Positions 39,165 through 52,055 are shown, numbered from the whole stretch's first letter. The stretch is 62,001 nt of DNA, filler included, from Choristocarpus tenellus KU-1152 (GCA_964200185.2; 11 parts of 11 records of this genome joined end to end with filler, not necessarily neighbours in it); one strand, 5' to 3'. The notes: generated by a model not told the origin, from the sequence alone. Translations and numbers: made by a program.

Positions 39165-41876
39165 AGGGCTTTGTGGCTAAAGAGTCGGAACATCGGACCA
39201 AAGGGCATATTGACTTTACTTGGGGAGTTCTACCACCTGTTGGTGGGGAGGGGGTGTCAAAGATCATTGACTCAGCAGATGCAGTGTCGGAGACTCTGGT
39301 GAAGGAGGGTGGAGTGAATAATGCCTCTCTACCGTATGGAAACTCTTCGTTTCCAGCTGATTACTTCTCTGCAGAATACATTGGTTTTGGTGAGCGATTC
39401 AATTCTTGCTTTGCTTTACCACCATAATGGAGGAATGATACATGCCCCAGAACTGATATTCCAACTTCATTCCTGTCATTGTCTTCAACAGTACCCAGAA
39501 GCATATTAACGGCTTAATTTTCAGTAGTGGCACATAGTTTACACTCTCTACACTAGCAACCCTGCACAAGCTTACAAACGCTTGGACACCTACTTTTATG
39601 CTTACACTTGCCCCAATGAAACTTGGATATCACAGTGGTGGCACATGTCACTGGGGAACACACGTTCTATGTCACATCAGACTCTTCCTCAGGGGTGCAG
39701 CTATCTGTGGGGGATGCAACCTTGTTTGATGACCTATCCTTAATCAGCCTAAATAACGATCATGCAGTAGTGGAGAAAGAGAGGCAGGGGGGCGCATGGC
39801 TCACTTCAGGGGCATTTATTCCCATCAAGCTGCGCTACAGGGTAAGGTTGGGTTGTGAATTTGTAGGTGACAGGAAGGTTCACAATTCTCATGACTTCGT
39901 ATGAACAATTTCTTGAATGAGCAACATTTAACTATATACATTTGCAGGAATATTGGCACTTGGCACATCCTCAAACCCTCGCCTACAGTGTATGTCTAAC
40001 TGTGGTTGTGCGACCAAATTAGGAAATGATTGAAGCCCGACTCATGCTGGATGAGGGCGGGTTCAGGAAATAGCAATGCAGGGAGGGAAAATTTGCAATC
40101 GAGATTGAAATTTGATAGCAAATAGAAGTAGTCAAAGAGTGGATATTTGGATCCTTTGATTCATTGAATTCTCACCAATGGGAGGGACCCAGGACAGCCT
40201 GGACTTGGACCTGGTGTTCGGGGATAACCTTTGTTAAAGTAACCCCTCACAAACATTATCCAATTTTCTAACATAAAGCAGGCGAAGCAAGTCCACCTTA
40301 CACATGAGTTTTTTTTTAATAGTTTAAAAAGAACAGTGAGTTGCTGAAGTTTACTTCTCCTGCACTACTCTCCACTTTAGTATGGGTCCTCAACCCCACC
40401 CCTGACCTTCTGCCCTGTTCTCCTATCCTCGTGGTACTTCTTCCTTTACCCTTCGTCCTGTGGGGTCTATTCCTGATTGTTCATGTCAAAATTTCCTCAG
40501 CTGCTGTTACCCCAGTTTGTGCTGTATATATCTCACTTCCTGTTGCCAAGCCACAACACCTTCATCACCATCAACGCCTCATGACATGTTTTGTTTCAAA
40601 CAGCATATGACGGGGGAGGCGATGCTGCAGTTGGAATGGTCACAGCCGTTGGCAATCCCTACCCCTACCCAACCTCTGCATCTCGGCCGGACTTCTACAA
40701 TGGAGACCAATCCCAGCACTGTGATACTGCCACGCTCGGTGGTGCCACCCTCATGTTTGCACCACCTACGATTGGGGTGGTCTGAGGACGTAACCGTCTG
40801 GTCAGCGCCCACTTTCCCCCAGGCATCAACGGTCGTGTTTCCCAGTGAAAAGGATGGGATAAAGGGGGACTTGAGGAGGGGTGCCGAAGATGTGGGGTTG
40901 ATCTCAGCAACAGTCGGTGTTATGAGGTCCTTTACGGTGGAGGCGAGAGATTACTTAGGCAATCTGCAAGAGTCAGGTAAGAGGGAGGGGAGGGGAATGT
41001 GGGGGGGGTAAATGAGTATGCGGGAATGGGAGAGGAGTGAGGGGTGGAGCCAGAACACTTTAATAATTTCTTATTAATTCCTCTCAACTCAAGAAAGCAA
41101 AGAATGTTAGTCGTCTATTACTATACTTCTTTGCCCTAGTTTGGTTGCTGGTAAAGCACAAAAAAAGAAATCCCCAGCACTCATCCAACAACTGCACCAC
41201 TGCTGACCTTTTTTCCTGAAGGCTATACCTCTAGATCAACTCAAATCCCCCACCCCACTTGTGTTCAACATTGCACTATGTGGTGAGTAAGTCTTAACAT
41301 ACTCTTTATTGTGTCTGTAGGGAAAAGAATTATTGTTATTTACAGGGATCACTTCTGATTTTTTCATATGTATCACACTCGACTCCTCAAGTATATTCAA
41401 TGCTCCAAACTTGCACCAACTCTAGTCATGTTCTTTCATTTCACTTCAATACCACCTACCTACCCCTTAACCTCACAAAGACTCTGCATTATTGAACCCT
41501 TTCATATCTTTCCCACTTGCCTGAACTTGCTTTGACCTTTCTCAGGACCAAGACAAAAAGGATACTTGGAACACTGATTTTATGAAGAGCTTAGATACTG
41601 CAAATGCAGCTAGCACAGACAAATGATCCTATCTAACTCAATGCACACCTTGGTTCAATGCTTCCATGGCCAAACTGCGTCATGTTTTGCAGGCGGAGAG
41701 ACAGTTCAAATGTATGCCAAGGGCCCTGATGGGATTTTGATTCATGGCACTGTCAATGAAAGTGACAGCGGGAAATACATGGTGTCCTTCTGGCCCGCGT
41801 TTGCAGGAGCCTATACCATGACTGTCATAATCAATGGAGGCACACTTGGTGCTTCACAATGGGCACTTGGGTACAG
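39165..41876 (+). CDS. PA14 plus filamin/Ig-like repeat protein, internal exons 39165-39389, 39636-39841, 40604-40976, 41693-41876
   Basis: All exons splice in phase. PA14 motifs: IDFTWG, DYFSAEYIGFV..TGEHTFYV, IPIKLRYRH.TGEA.LQLEWS. Filamin motifs: SFTVEARDYLGN, GKYMVSFWP..AGAYTMTVIING. Confidence 0.85.
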
Positions 41877-42387
41877 GTGTGGTTTGCTGCTAATTATGTG
41901 ATTGGGAAGTGAGGGAAATACTGGCAGTGAAGGGAGAGTTGTGTTGGCTAGGAGCAAAGATGGTTGAAGCTACCTATTTCAAGACTGATCCTACCAAAAG
42001 TAGGAATGATTTTCAGAAACCATTGGTGGAGCTCCCCACTGAGCTGCTACAGCTGTAAGAAGTATAAGCTCTGCATTTTTAATTTCTGGTGCTCAAGATC
42101 CAGGCAAACAAGCCCTCTTGTCTTCCAGGTGTTGGTTTGCTCTTACTGAAAGTCTGTAGATATTGACACTTCATATTGCCAGTGCAGCAGCAGGCTTTGG
42201 GTAGCAGTCCAAAATGATCATCACAAGATCTAACTCTGTACAGCGTTGTTGAGCTCTGATACTGATAGTACAAAAATTCACTAGAATTCTATTAAGTACA
42301 GTCTAGCATCAGTCAATGCAAGTTTAGAGGGCTATAATTTCTAACATGAATGTTTTCTCATGATAGACACAGACATGTACACGAAAG

Positions 42388-42562
42388 GGCCCAAAGTATC
42401 TGGGGAGGGGGTGGCGGCTGTCCATTTGGGGTCAAAATTTTCTTGTTGAGACTATTGTTTGACATGGTTGAATACGCTGGATGGATAATGTAAGTGCACA
42501 CCTTTCCTGGTTATAGGCCAGATGGACACCCTGGTGTAGACACACACACACAAACCCAAGAT
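42388..42562. mobile_element. MITE subfamily B (~190 bp), near-complete
   Basis: GGCCCAAAGTATCTGGGG..GTGGCGGCTGTCCATTTGGGG...GGATAATGTAAGTG..TTTCCTGG...ATGGACACCCTGGTGTAGA. Homologous to 1-94 and 46674-46841. Confidence 0.8.
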
Positions 42563-43453
42563 NNNNNNNNNNNNNNNNNNNNNNNNNNNNNNNNNNNNNN
42601 NNNNNNTTAATTAATTAANNNNNNNNNNNNNNNNNNNNNNNNNNNNNNNNNNNNNNNNNNNNATGGACAGCTACCACCCCCCATAGATACTTTGGATCAG
42701 GGCCAAAAACGGACGCCAGCACCCCCCCCCAGTACTTTTACCCTATAATATGTGCATACATAAGAGTTGGCAAGGGCTGCAGTTAGTGCAGCACAATTAG
42801 GGTTCGTCAAGATATTGAAATACTGCTGTACCTCCAGGGGAGTAGTCTCTTCTGGGAATATTATCATAACGGTACAGTGGAGTCGAGGTCACAGTGTGGA
42901 GCAGTATTGGGGCAGAGCAGGGGTAAAGAGAGTATGGTTTCGAGTCAGGGCAAAGGCCCGAGCTGGAGTAAGGATATGCACCAATTCCAAGGCTGCTATA
43001 CTCCAAGAGGTTGCTTTGGGTTCAGTGCTGTTATCTACTTAGCAACACCTTAACCTGATGGATGGGAGGGTAGGGCATTGCGGCCCAACATGCTGAGGTG
43101 CCTCTTGAGCGACCAAACACACATGCACACACAGGGTGCAGCCTAAAGAAACCCGCGAAGTGTACCGAACCCACCAACTCTCATGAGGTTTTCAGAGTGA
43201 GCAAAAGACACCAAAGTACAGAAGTATATTCTAAACTCCAGATAATTTTCTATGCGAAGGGAATGGCATAGCAAAGTGCCACAACAGGTACAATAAAAAA
43301 ACACACGAAAGGCTCTCCCATCCCGCCTTTCTAGCCCCAACTGCAGTCACACATTTTGGTCCTCAACGCCCATAGCACGTTTCATCCTCCTCCTCCCACT
43401 CCTCCTCTCCTCCCCCTCTTCTTCTCAACCCCTCTTCCTCTCCATGGCCTCAC

Positions 43454-45769
43454 CTCAACCTCAGTGTGGCCCACTGTTAGGGTGCGTTGGTGCATGCCTC
43501 TCCGAGAGTACCACTCCGCTGTGCTGGAATCACAGGACATGAGGAGCAGGTGGCGACCATAGACATTAATAGCCTCGCCACAGCGGAGATCTTCCCAGGT
43601 AACACTGTCCACACGCTCTCGCTGATGGAGGGGATGTACCAACGTGGACGAGCTGTTAATGCAAGGAGGAGGGTGCCAATTCTCCAAGTGCCTTTACTAT
43701 TGGTTGATATGGGTGTAGGAACTGACTATCTGCTCTTTTGGTCATTTTATTCAATGTAATTACGATTTGTAACTGACTGCCGGTGTTCACTGCAGTCAGG
43801 TCAAGGGGAGACAAAGGCCCTGTGCAGGAAGATCTACGTATGGAAGGCTTACAAAAAGTCAAATGCCACGGTTGACAAAGCGCTCAAGGGGAGAAACAGG
43901 TTGTATGCTCTTTGTTAGACTCAATCCAGTCATGCTTGAGGTTTCTATCAATCTTTGGACTGTGTAAATGTTTTGAAGTACCATGTTGTACAGATGCACT
44001 ATCAAGTTCCACTCGTTTGCGCTTAGTACAAGTTCAGGTCCACCATATTGACCCATCTGTACCTTCTCTGATTTGGTACTTCGAAGTATCATTTGGTACA
44101 GTAATGCTCCAATGTACTTAAGAGTACTTGGTACACACTAGGGGACAACCACAAGGCACAGATGGGGTTGAGGTGAGGGTGTTGGAGTATCGATGCCCTT
44201 ACTGATAGGTAGGGCGTCAAAGAACTCATGTGTCCTGGAGTTGATGTTAATAACTATGGACTATTGTCATGATCAGTGGTTGACAGTACAAAGGGAAGCT
44301 AAAACAGATAAAAAAAAAAACTTCAGTAGATGAGGACTCGTTTGAGCAATCGGCCATTAACAGTTTACTGCAACACTGTCAACCCGATAATTGACTAAGA
44401 GGGATTTTCCAACAGCATTCCTGACTTCCTGTCGTAATATAGCCTCTCCTGTATATACTTTGGGCCAAACCAATATTTCTTGTACGAGCTCTTGGTCTAG
44501 CACCATCCAGTCTTACACAAGGGTTCAAGCATGCTCTTCTTATTTTCGTCCAGTTTTTGGTGTCAATGATCTAAGGCTGGAGATTTTTAAGGCCTGCAAA
44601 ATTTGTTATGTTCGTACATTTTTTTGAGGTTTAAAAATCGAGATATCAGTTCAGAAAGCGGAGTATAAATTTCTGTGAGGATTAACGTAGTACCTAGTGC
44701 CCTCAGGTATCGTGATAAGTGTTGCTAGCAAGAGGAAATTGACATACTCTCGACTTGAGCGGTGCATGAGATAGGGATCGGTCATTGCTATTCATAGGAC
44801 TACGAGAAAATGTTTACTTCATGGGTGGTTGTCCAAGGCAACAGCATATTCGCTGTCTTACAATTGTGTGTTAAGAGGAAACCAAAATATGTGTCATATT
44901 TTGTTTGAGGTACAGAGCCAGAGTAGTGCAAACCTGAGTGAAAGTATCTCAGAGGGTACGAATTTTGCCCCGTTTGTCTGTTTGGGACTTGGCTTCCCAT
45001 GTTTTTTTTTAAATGATATTTTAATTTCGGAGTAGGTAAAACGTATACATTATGAAAAGGTATGTCCGGAACAAGGATATTGACTCTTCCTAACGAATAT
45101 AATAGTCAAAATTACATCAAAATCGCAACGTCGGATTTTGGCCCCCAAACTGGTGCGGCTCTACCCTCTAAGATACTTTGACTCACCTGTGGATCCCTAG
45201 GACTAATGACCCCCCCATATCCTGTGGGCACAAATATAGAGTTTTTAGGAAGTTTCTGGCGCCGCAGGAGATTTGGAAAATTATGACGTCCCTCCGCTGC
45301 CACCTGGTTTCGATTTGAGAGTGGGAAGACTCAGTAGCGACAACATCCAGCATCTCTTTCTCACATGAAGTCTGAGAGGTTGGGGGGAAGGGGGGGTAGA
45401 AAATGGGGGGTGGGATGCCTTTTTTGAAGGTTGAACAACACATGCCCCCCCATAGATTTTCTACCCTCTGATACAAGACCCTGCCCCTGAGTTCCCACTT
45501 CGCAAGCACAGCAGTAAAAGTCGATTTACGGATCAGCACAATGCCCACAAACAATCAGCCTGAGGACTCTTCCTTTCTCCTTTCACGTCAAGCCTGTCCT
45601 ATCACCTACCTCCTTGATCTCTATTGTGTCGTTCAACAGGTAGTAATAAAGAATGTAGTCTCGCTTGTCCCCCTGCAGGCGGTTGTCCTTGTACTTGCAG
45701 AAAAATCTGAGAACTTTCCTATCTTTCTTGTAGAACTCTCCCTTCTCACGCCCTGGCATCATGGACCCC
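43454..45769 (-). CDS. EFHC: EFHC1/EFHC2 (Rib72-like) DM10-domain ciliary protein, internal exons 45769-45610, 45303-45187, 43621-43454
   Basis: DRKVLRFFCKYKDNRLQGDKRDYILYYYLLNDTIEIKE|V..EGRHNFPNLLRRQKLPK...|...VTWEDLRCGEAINVYGRHLLLMSCDSSTAEWY forms a complete DM10 domain with phase-0 GT-AG junctions. Confidence 0.9.
44936..45184. mobile_element. Sola2-like MITE, subfamily A, inserted at an EFHC splice donor
   Basis: Same TIRs as the other A copies, with a perfect 4-bp target duplication ACCT (44932-44935 and 45185-45188). Confidence 0.92.
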
Positions 45770-46673
45770 CTGACAACAATGGCGTGGAAGAGGGGGGTTC
45801 TATTGAGCTGCTGTAATTCGCTCCCTTTGGTTCTTTTGCATTAAAAAATATATTCCGAGTATATTGATGCATTAGGGATAGGGCTACACGAATCTGTCGG
45901 ACGTGAAAAACACATTTTTATATAGCATTTATAGACCACTGCAATGACTACCATCTCGCACTCATGAGTTTCATTTACCTCCCTACATGTAACCCAGAAG
46001 TGCCTCCATAGTGTCTACCTTGAAGTATACTCATGACACTAAGTAGAACCCTGCGAGTGAACCACTGGCCCTCTACAAGTTGAACTGAGACTCCAGCAAA
46101 TAAAGTATAGTGTTGTTTGGCTTGGTGTTGTTTGTATTGGCCTTAAGCAGTGGGAAACACACAGGCAAAGGCTGTTGAATGCACAGCATTTCTTGTTGTG
46201 TATGTGCCTGCAGGTGTGTGTGTGTGTGTGTGTGTGTTTGTTTGTCTGTGTGCTTTTGTCTGTTAAAAAAAATGGGTGGATAAGGGCAGAGGGATTTAGT
46301 GCATTTGTTGCCGTTGCCTTTGGTGCTGTATTTCAGGTGTCCTTGAATAATTGCTCGGATGCAGATGGTGAAAGGCTTCACTTCCAAGAAACTGCTTTTC
46401 CTTTCCACAAAGCCAAATTTCTGCGGTGCACACACATTCTACTCTAGTTCAGAATGCAATACTGCTAAACACAGATAGGTGCAGTACACCCCATGCCCAA
46501 CTGCACTATATATGCCTTGAACCTCTGCATCCTACCAGACTACTCAAGCATGCCCCACATCAGTGCAGAATCTACTAAATATCTCAAAGTGTCATAATAA
46601 TGTGTAGGGGATATTGAAAATACTTTCAAGTATACAACATAAGACATTCAATTAAGGTACTTTGTACAAGAAA

Positions 46674-46841
46674 GACTCAAAGTATCTAGGGGGGGTGGCG
46701 GCTGTCCATTTGGGGCCAATTTTTTAATGTGGCGATTTTTGGGTGATTTGGTTCAATACCTTGGGTGGATAATAAAAGTGCACTTTTCCTGGTTTTGGAT
46801 CAAATGGACGCTCTGGTGTAGACCCCCCCCCCCCCCCCCCC
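46674..46841. mobile_element. MITE subfamily B, lacking the right TIR
   Basis: GACTCAAAGTATCTAGGGGGGGTGGCGGCTGTCCATTTGGGG...CTGGTGTAGACCCC aligns with 42388-42562. Confidence 0.8.
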
Positions 46842-47299
46842 ACCACAGTCAGCTAAGAATCAAAAAAATAAACTAAGCAGATGATGGGTACATAAGAACG
46901 AGAAAATAAACAAACANNNNNNNNNNNNNNNNNNNNNNNNNNNNNNNNNNNNNNNNNNNNTTAATTAATTAANNNNNNNNNNNNNNNNNNNNNNNNNNNN
47001 NNNNNNNNNNNNNNNNGGGGTCGTGTGAGGCTTCACACCTTCTTATCTTCACTACTAACAAATAGCATTACCTCCCAAGGTAATTTGCACATTTCTCAAC
47101 GTTGCATTTTGCGTGAAGAAATGCACGCGTTGTGGCAAACCTGTCAGCATAATTTTCGTTGTTCAATAGAAGGAGTTTGTTGTGGATCCTATCTATGTCC
47201 ATGAGTGATGTATAACCAAAATCCCAAACCAAACCAGTTCGGGTGCGCCTCCCTTAGCTAGAGTGTGTTGGTATGAGTGCTTATAAGCGTGTTAATTAG

Positions 47300-47940
47300 C
47301 TCAGCGCGTGTAAAGGCCCATCTTCCAAAGCCGCTGGTTGAGTTACATGGTGAAAAATGCACTGAATTATTAATTGCCCGCCAGGTGTCCAATATCAGTG
47401 GTATTCGCCCACCATATCGCTATGCACGTTTTTGCTTTGTAACGTATCTTCTCAAAGATAAACATTCATGAAAACTGTTACATACTTGAATCAGCGCATA
47501 CAACCGAAGGATAACACTATGTTATTCTACAGATGATGGAGGAGATTTCGATGCAACAAGTACATACCAAACTACAGAATGACTTTTTGAAGATGAGTGA
47601 CAAACTGCTGAAGCAGGTGCGAAATCCTCCCCTGTGCAGGGCGTTTTTTCCCTACAATACCGAGATTTAAGGAGGTATTCGGCATGGAGATCGACCTGCT
47701 TTTAACCGACATCTGAAAGGATACCATGTGGATATGAGCAAACAGAGCAACTCCCATTCATCTGAGACGTGCGAAGCATATTATTGTTGAGAGAACCAGG
47801 ACCAATTCTGTAGAGATGGATGAGACATTTCGAGGCCTTGATCAATGTAAAATCGGACCCCACTATGGCCAACCTCGTTAAACCTTTACTCCTTTCCATG
47901 CCACTCACTAATGAGCTCAAGACATGGGAGGGAAAGGGCA
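47300..47940 (+). CDS. Uncharacterised protein, three short exons (~47300-47384, 47533-47616, 47814-~47940)
   Basis: Phase-0 GT-AG junctions give ...KCTELLIARQ|MMEEISMQQVHTKLQNDFLKMSDKLLKQ|RWMRHFEALINVK.... No recognisable domain. Confidence 0.35.
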
Positions 47941-48871
47941 CAGAGCAACATTGTATTTGTATGTCCCACTCCATTCACACTGTTCACTGCCAAAATGTGA
48001 ATGTCCTAGATAGCTCAAGTGATCTCTTTGTGCTGATTTTTTTTCTGTGGAGCTTCCCTTGCTCTGCCTTCATCCTTCACAACACACGACAATCAAGATG
48101 TTCCCTCTTCCTCTGTTGAGCTCTCTTTTCTTCCTTCCCCCCTCTCAATGCATGATGTCCGTAAGTGCCTTGATTTTCGTAATATAAGTCCAGTGATCTC
48201 ATAATGTTCGGATTACCATCCCTTGAATCTGCTGTGCGCTTGTGTGACGGCATTGGTCTATAAGGAAGGTACACATGACACATTTCCTACCTAGTAATTT
48301 AGTGCGCACTGGGCATCCTCTGTCCGTGGTGCTTCCCTCCATCCTTCACTAGGCAAGCCCACCATTCTACACGATCAAGTTCTATAGAACATTGTGAATG
48401 GCACCTTCTTGCCAGGGCATACCCATAAAGGGCCCTTCCTTTAGAGATATACCCCAAGGTCTGTTTCCTCAGTATGACATGAGCATTTGCTTCCAGATGA
48501 CGTCAATATTAGGCTGTTTGAGTGGAGCCTACAAACCCCCCTCATCCACCTTTCCTTGTTAGCTCCTCTTTCCTGAGTAACCTTTTGAGGATTGCTCACC
48601 CTCTTACCTTGTTTCTCTTCCTTCCACTCCTCCTGTGGGTTATCTCGTTCCCCTTCAGTCTGAGGAACTTGTCTGCTGGTTTCCATTTGTTGCACAACAT
48701 ACATCAAAAATTAGTTGTGGTTTGTGGTATATTTCAGTTTGCACTATGTTGTACAAATACATGCAGTGTGTAATGCGTGTAATACTGATAGTAGTAAGTA
48801 GTGCCTCTGATCACTGATTGGTAAGGCTGATCAATTTGAATAGTCATTAGTGTATAATAGTTGAGAGTCAA

Positions 48872-49077
48872 GGGCCAAAGTATCTTAGGGAGGCGGGGTG
48901 GTTTGTGAGGGGGCGTCCGTTTCGGTCCGGACGAAGTACTCAAAAATCATAGGATTGCTTTCTTCAGTCGTGAATACTCCGCGACTGAGGACATAATTCC
49001 TATGATTTTTTAGTATTTCGTCCGGACCGACCCGGGCGCCCCCTCACAAACGACCACCCCCCACGATAATTGGACCC
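48872..49077. mobile_element. Foldback MITE, subfamily C (206-bp near-palindrome)
   Basis: Two ~95-bp inverted arms surround a short loop, and the element starts GGGCCAAAGTATCTTAG like subfamilies A and B. Confidence 0.8.
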
Positions 49078-50457
49078 GGTCAGCGTCCTTGTATGAAGCA
49101 TTTTGGGCTAAAATGCATTGAGGATGTACGCTTGGCGCTTGAGTGGGTGTAGACTACGTTGTTATGGCTCAGGGAAGTTGTCCATTGGGTTCAAAGTCTG
49201 GAGTCTGCCCGATTGTCGCCACTTAGTTTGGGTGTGGAAGAGATGGCATATGTTGTGGAAATCTCGACTTGTGCTGAAGATGGTTGAGTGGAGTACGAGA
49301 TGTTTGTGCGTGAACGTCCTCCTGGTAAGGTTTCTGCCAATTGCTCTGTGGTCCTATCAGCGCAAAGGGGGGAGGAAAAAGGATTGGGACGGCATTGCTG
49401 TAAAAGTATTAGAGAATAGTGGCAGAACGCACTAATGGAGACGAAATTTAGGTTGCCATCGGGCCAATAAATACATATGTGTACGAGGACACATAAACAC
49501 AGACTCTTATTATTCCTCCCGAAGTCTGTTGTTTTATAGAACGTATGATCCCTGTCCATCATAACTTGTCTGTGGAGGCATGTGTCTGACTGGCAAAGTG
49601 GAGGGTGACTCACGAACAGATATTGGCCTATGTTGCTTCTCAAAGCCATATCTGTCGTCAATATGGTGGCTGTGTAGGACTTCCCCAGAACCAGGCTCGT
49701 TTAGGAGGGTCTTGGTCAATGGTGTAGTGTTGGACAAGGAGCTACATATTTCGCAAGTCGCCATTCTCCCATTTGACCTTGTGGGGGTAGCTGACTCGCT
49801 TTTGACTAACTTAGACCGTGTGTAGTGGGGTTGGTTCTTGGTCACGGTCCCTCGCATCCGCTGATCGTCCCATCCGAAGTATAGTCCCCTGCCCTTGGTT
49901 CTGTCATTGAGCGTTACTCCCTCATCTGAATCCGACACATATAACTCAGTGTCGGTTCAAGGGACCTATATTTCTATATATATTAGGCTTCTGTTCATGT
50001 CCCTACGCTTTCTAGACCGACAGCGGAGTCGGACACACAGGGCTGCAGCCTCATCACTGTCCCTCTTTTGTTCTAGTCTCGAAATAGGTTGACACCCTCT
50101 TCGATCACGTCCTCTGTTATGTACGACCCCGGTTGAGGGGGGGTACATATTTTTCGCCATCGTCCGGGAGGTAGGACATTGAGTAAATGCACGCCTCTGA
50201 ACCATCTACATGAACATCGCTGACCTTCCCCTGTACGATGGACCCCCCACTCGCGAGTAGGATGAAGCTGGTTCCTCAACCGAATCTGGCTTCAGGCGTG
50301 TCCCCAAGTCTGAGTTGCCTAGCGAAGCGAGCAGGTATCCCACCGAGCAATTGCCGGTTGGATTCCGAGGCGAACCTCTCGTATTGACCAGGCAGGATCC
50401 TGAATATGTTGTCCAGGTGGTTGTGGTCGATGTCTGTGAAGTCTGGGATGATGATAG

Positions 50458-50716
50458 GAGTGAACGTATCTTAGAGGGTACGAGTTTTGCCCTGTTTGTC
50501 CATTTGGGGCTTGGCTTCCCACGGGAATTTTATGACATTCTACCTACCCCGAAACATTTCAGAGTAGGTTATATATGTACGTCATTAAAATGTGTGTCCA
50601 GAACAAGGATATTGACACTTCCTAACAAACACAATAGCCAAATTTACACCAAAATCGCAACATTGGATGTTGGCCCCCAAATGGACGCGGCTCTCCCTCT
50701 AAGATAATTTTGACTC
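50458..50716. mobile_element. Sola2-like MITE, subfamily A, inserted in a transposase exon
   Basis: Same TIRs, flanked by TAG/TAG. Removing it restores the minus-strand frame VVPLQAIIIPDF. Confidence 0.9.
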
Positions 50717-52055
50717 TAGCTTGAAGGGGCACGACCCGGGGGCCCGGTTGTGCGTCCTGCATCGCCACAAACATGTTCGTTGCGGGGGTTGTGTTGGTGT
50801 GTAGGACTATTGGGACGTGTTTGCGCGTGATGGCCTAGTTTAGCTGTATGAGGGGTGTTTTTGTTTTTTTAGAAACACGGATAGTTTTATATGGATGATT
50901 GAGGATACACTTAGGCAGCGAAACGAACGTATGGGACGCCTTTATTCGCCCTACATAGTTGTAAAATATTGCTTGAAAGGTGTCAGTGGCGGTTGCAGGT
51001 TGGTAGAACAAAATGACACTGGTTTGGATGCCAGGGTTAGACGTTATGGGGGAGGAATTCTATGTTGGTTAGATGGGATATAAGGGGATATGTGACATGT
51101 GTATAGGGAAAGTGTGGATTCATTCGTGTGGGGCATTGTTTTGTGTCGGAAGCAATAAGAAGCGTTACTCACCTTGTCCGTCCGTGACATGTGGATAGTT
51201 GGTACGCCATCAATAAAGCCGGCATTCAGCACCTCGAAGTCTTCAGTGACAAAGACGATCTCATCTCCAGCACTGAACATCCTCCGTAGCTGGAGTGGTG
51301 TCTGGCGTTCCATTGAATCGTGTCCTTGCGGTGGACAGTGAACGGCAAGAACTCTATACCATTGTACTCCGATGGCTTCGTCCGCACAATGCATATATTC
51401 CCCTCAGCGAGCTGTCTCTTCTTCCTGGACAGCTGGCTTCTCAGATACATATCACCTGTTCCCGCTTCGGTGGAAAATCCGAGGTCTATTTCCTTGAGTG
51501 GGGGCATATGGGTTGGTTGCCACCTGCATTGGGCGAGGTTGCTGATGGAACAGTTCGTGCAGTAGCACGACAGTTCGGTGTATACCAATGTACAGGAGTC
51601 GCAGGGTGTGAGCTGACCAGTGAAGAAGAAGAACCTGTGTATGGACTTGATTCCACTGAGGTTCGGGACACGTCGGTCGTGTCGTCCCGCACGGTCGATC
51701 TTGTAAGACGGAAGGTGGACTATCCCCTGTGTGTGGAACGTGTCAATGTGTAGAAGTTTTGTGTATGTGTTACTGTGCTGTCTGCTATCCCTGTCCGTCC
51801 AATCCAAGGGTTGTGGCGATTGGGCGTATAAGGGGAGGGGCGGTTAGTGATGGAGTTAGCGTCGGCACCGAGACATTGTGCTGTGACCGCTTCTATGTGA
51901 TTGCATATTTCCTTTGTATTGATAAGTAATACCTCTATCGCAGTAAGAATTGTTTGGTAACGACGGATGGGAGAGTGTGTGATGAACCCCAAAACCTGGA
52001 GTTTCTTTTGGTTTGTTTTGCCGACTGGTGGACTAACGAGAAATAGAGTGTCATG

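Noticed and set aside
44800-44933. Sequence after the MITE as a new EFHC exon
   Set aside because: In the EFHC frame it reaches a stop after about 20 codons, and the DM10 domain continues properly at 43621, so this stretch is intronic.
49860-49900. KGRGLY as the start of a SET domain
   Set aside because: No NHSC or EL..DY motifs follow, and the segment fits the transposase C-terminal region better.
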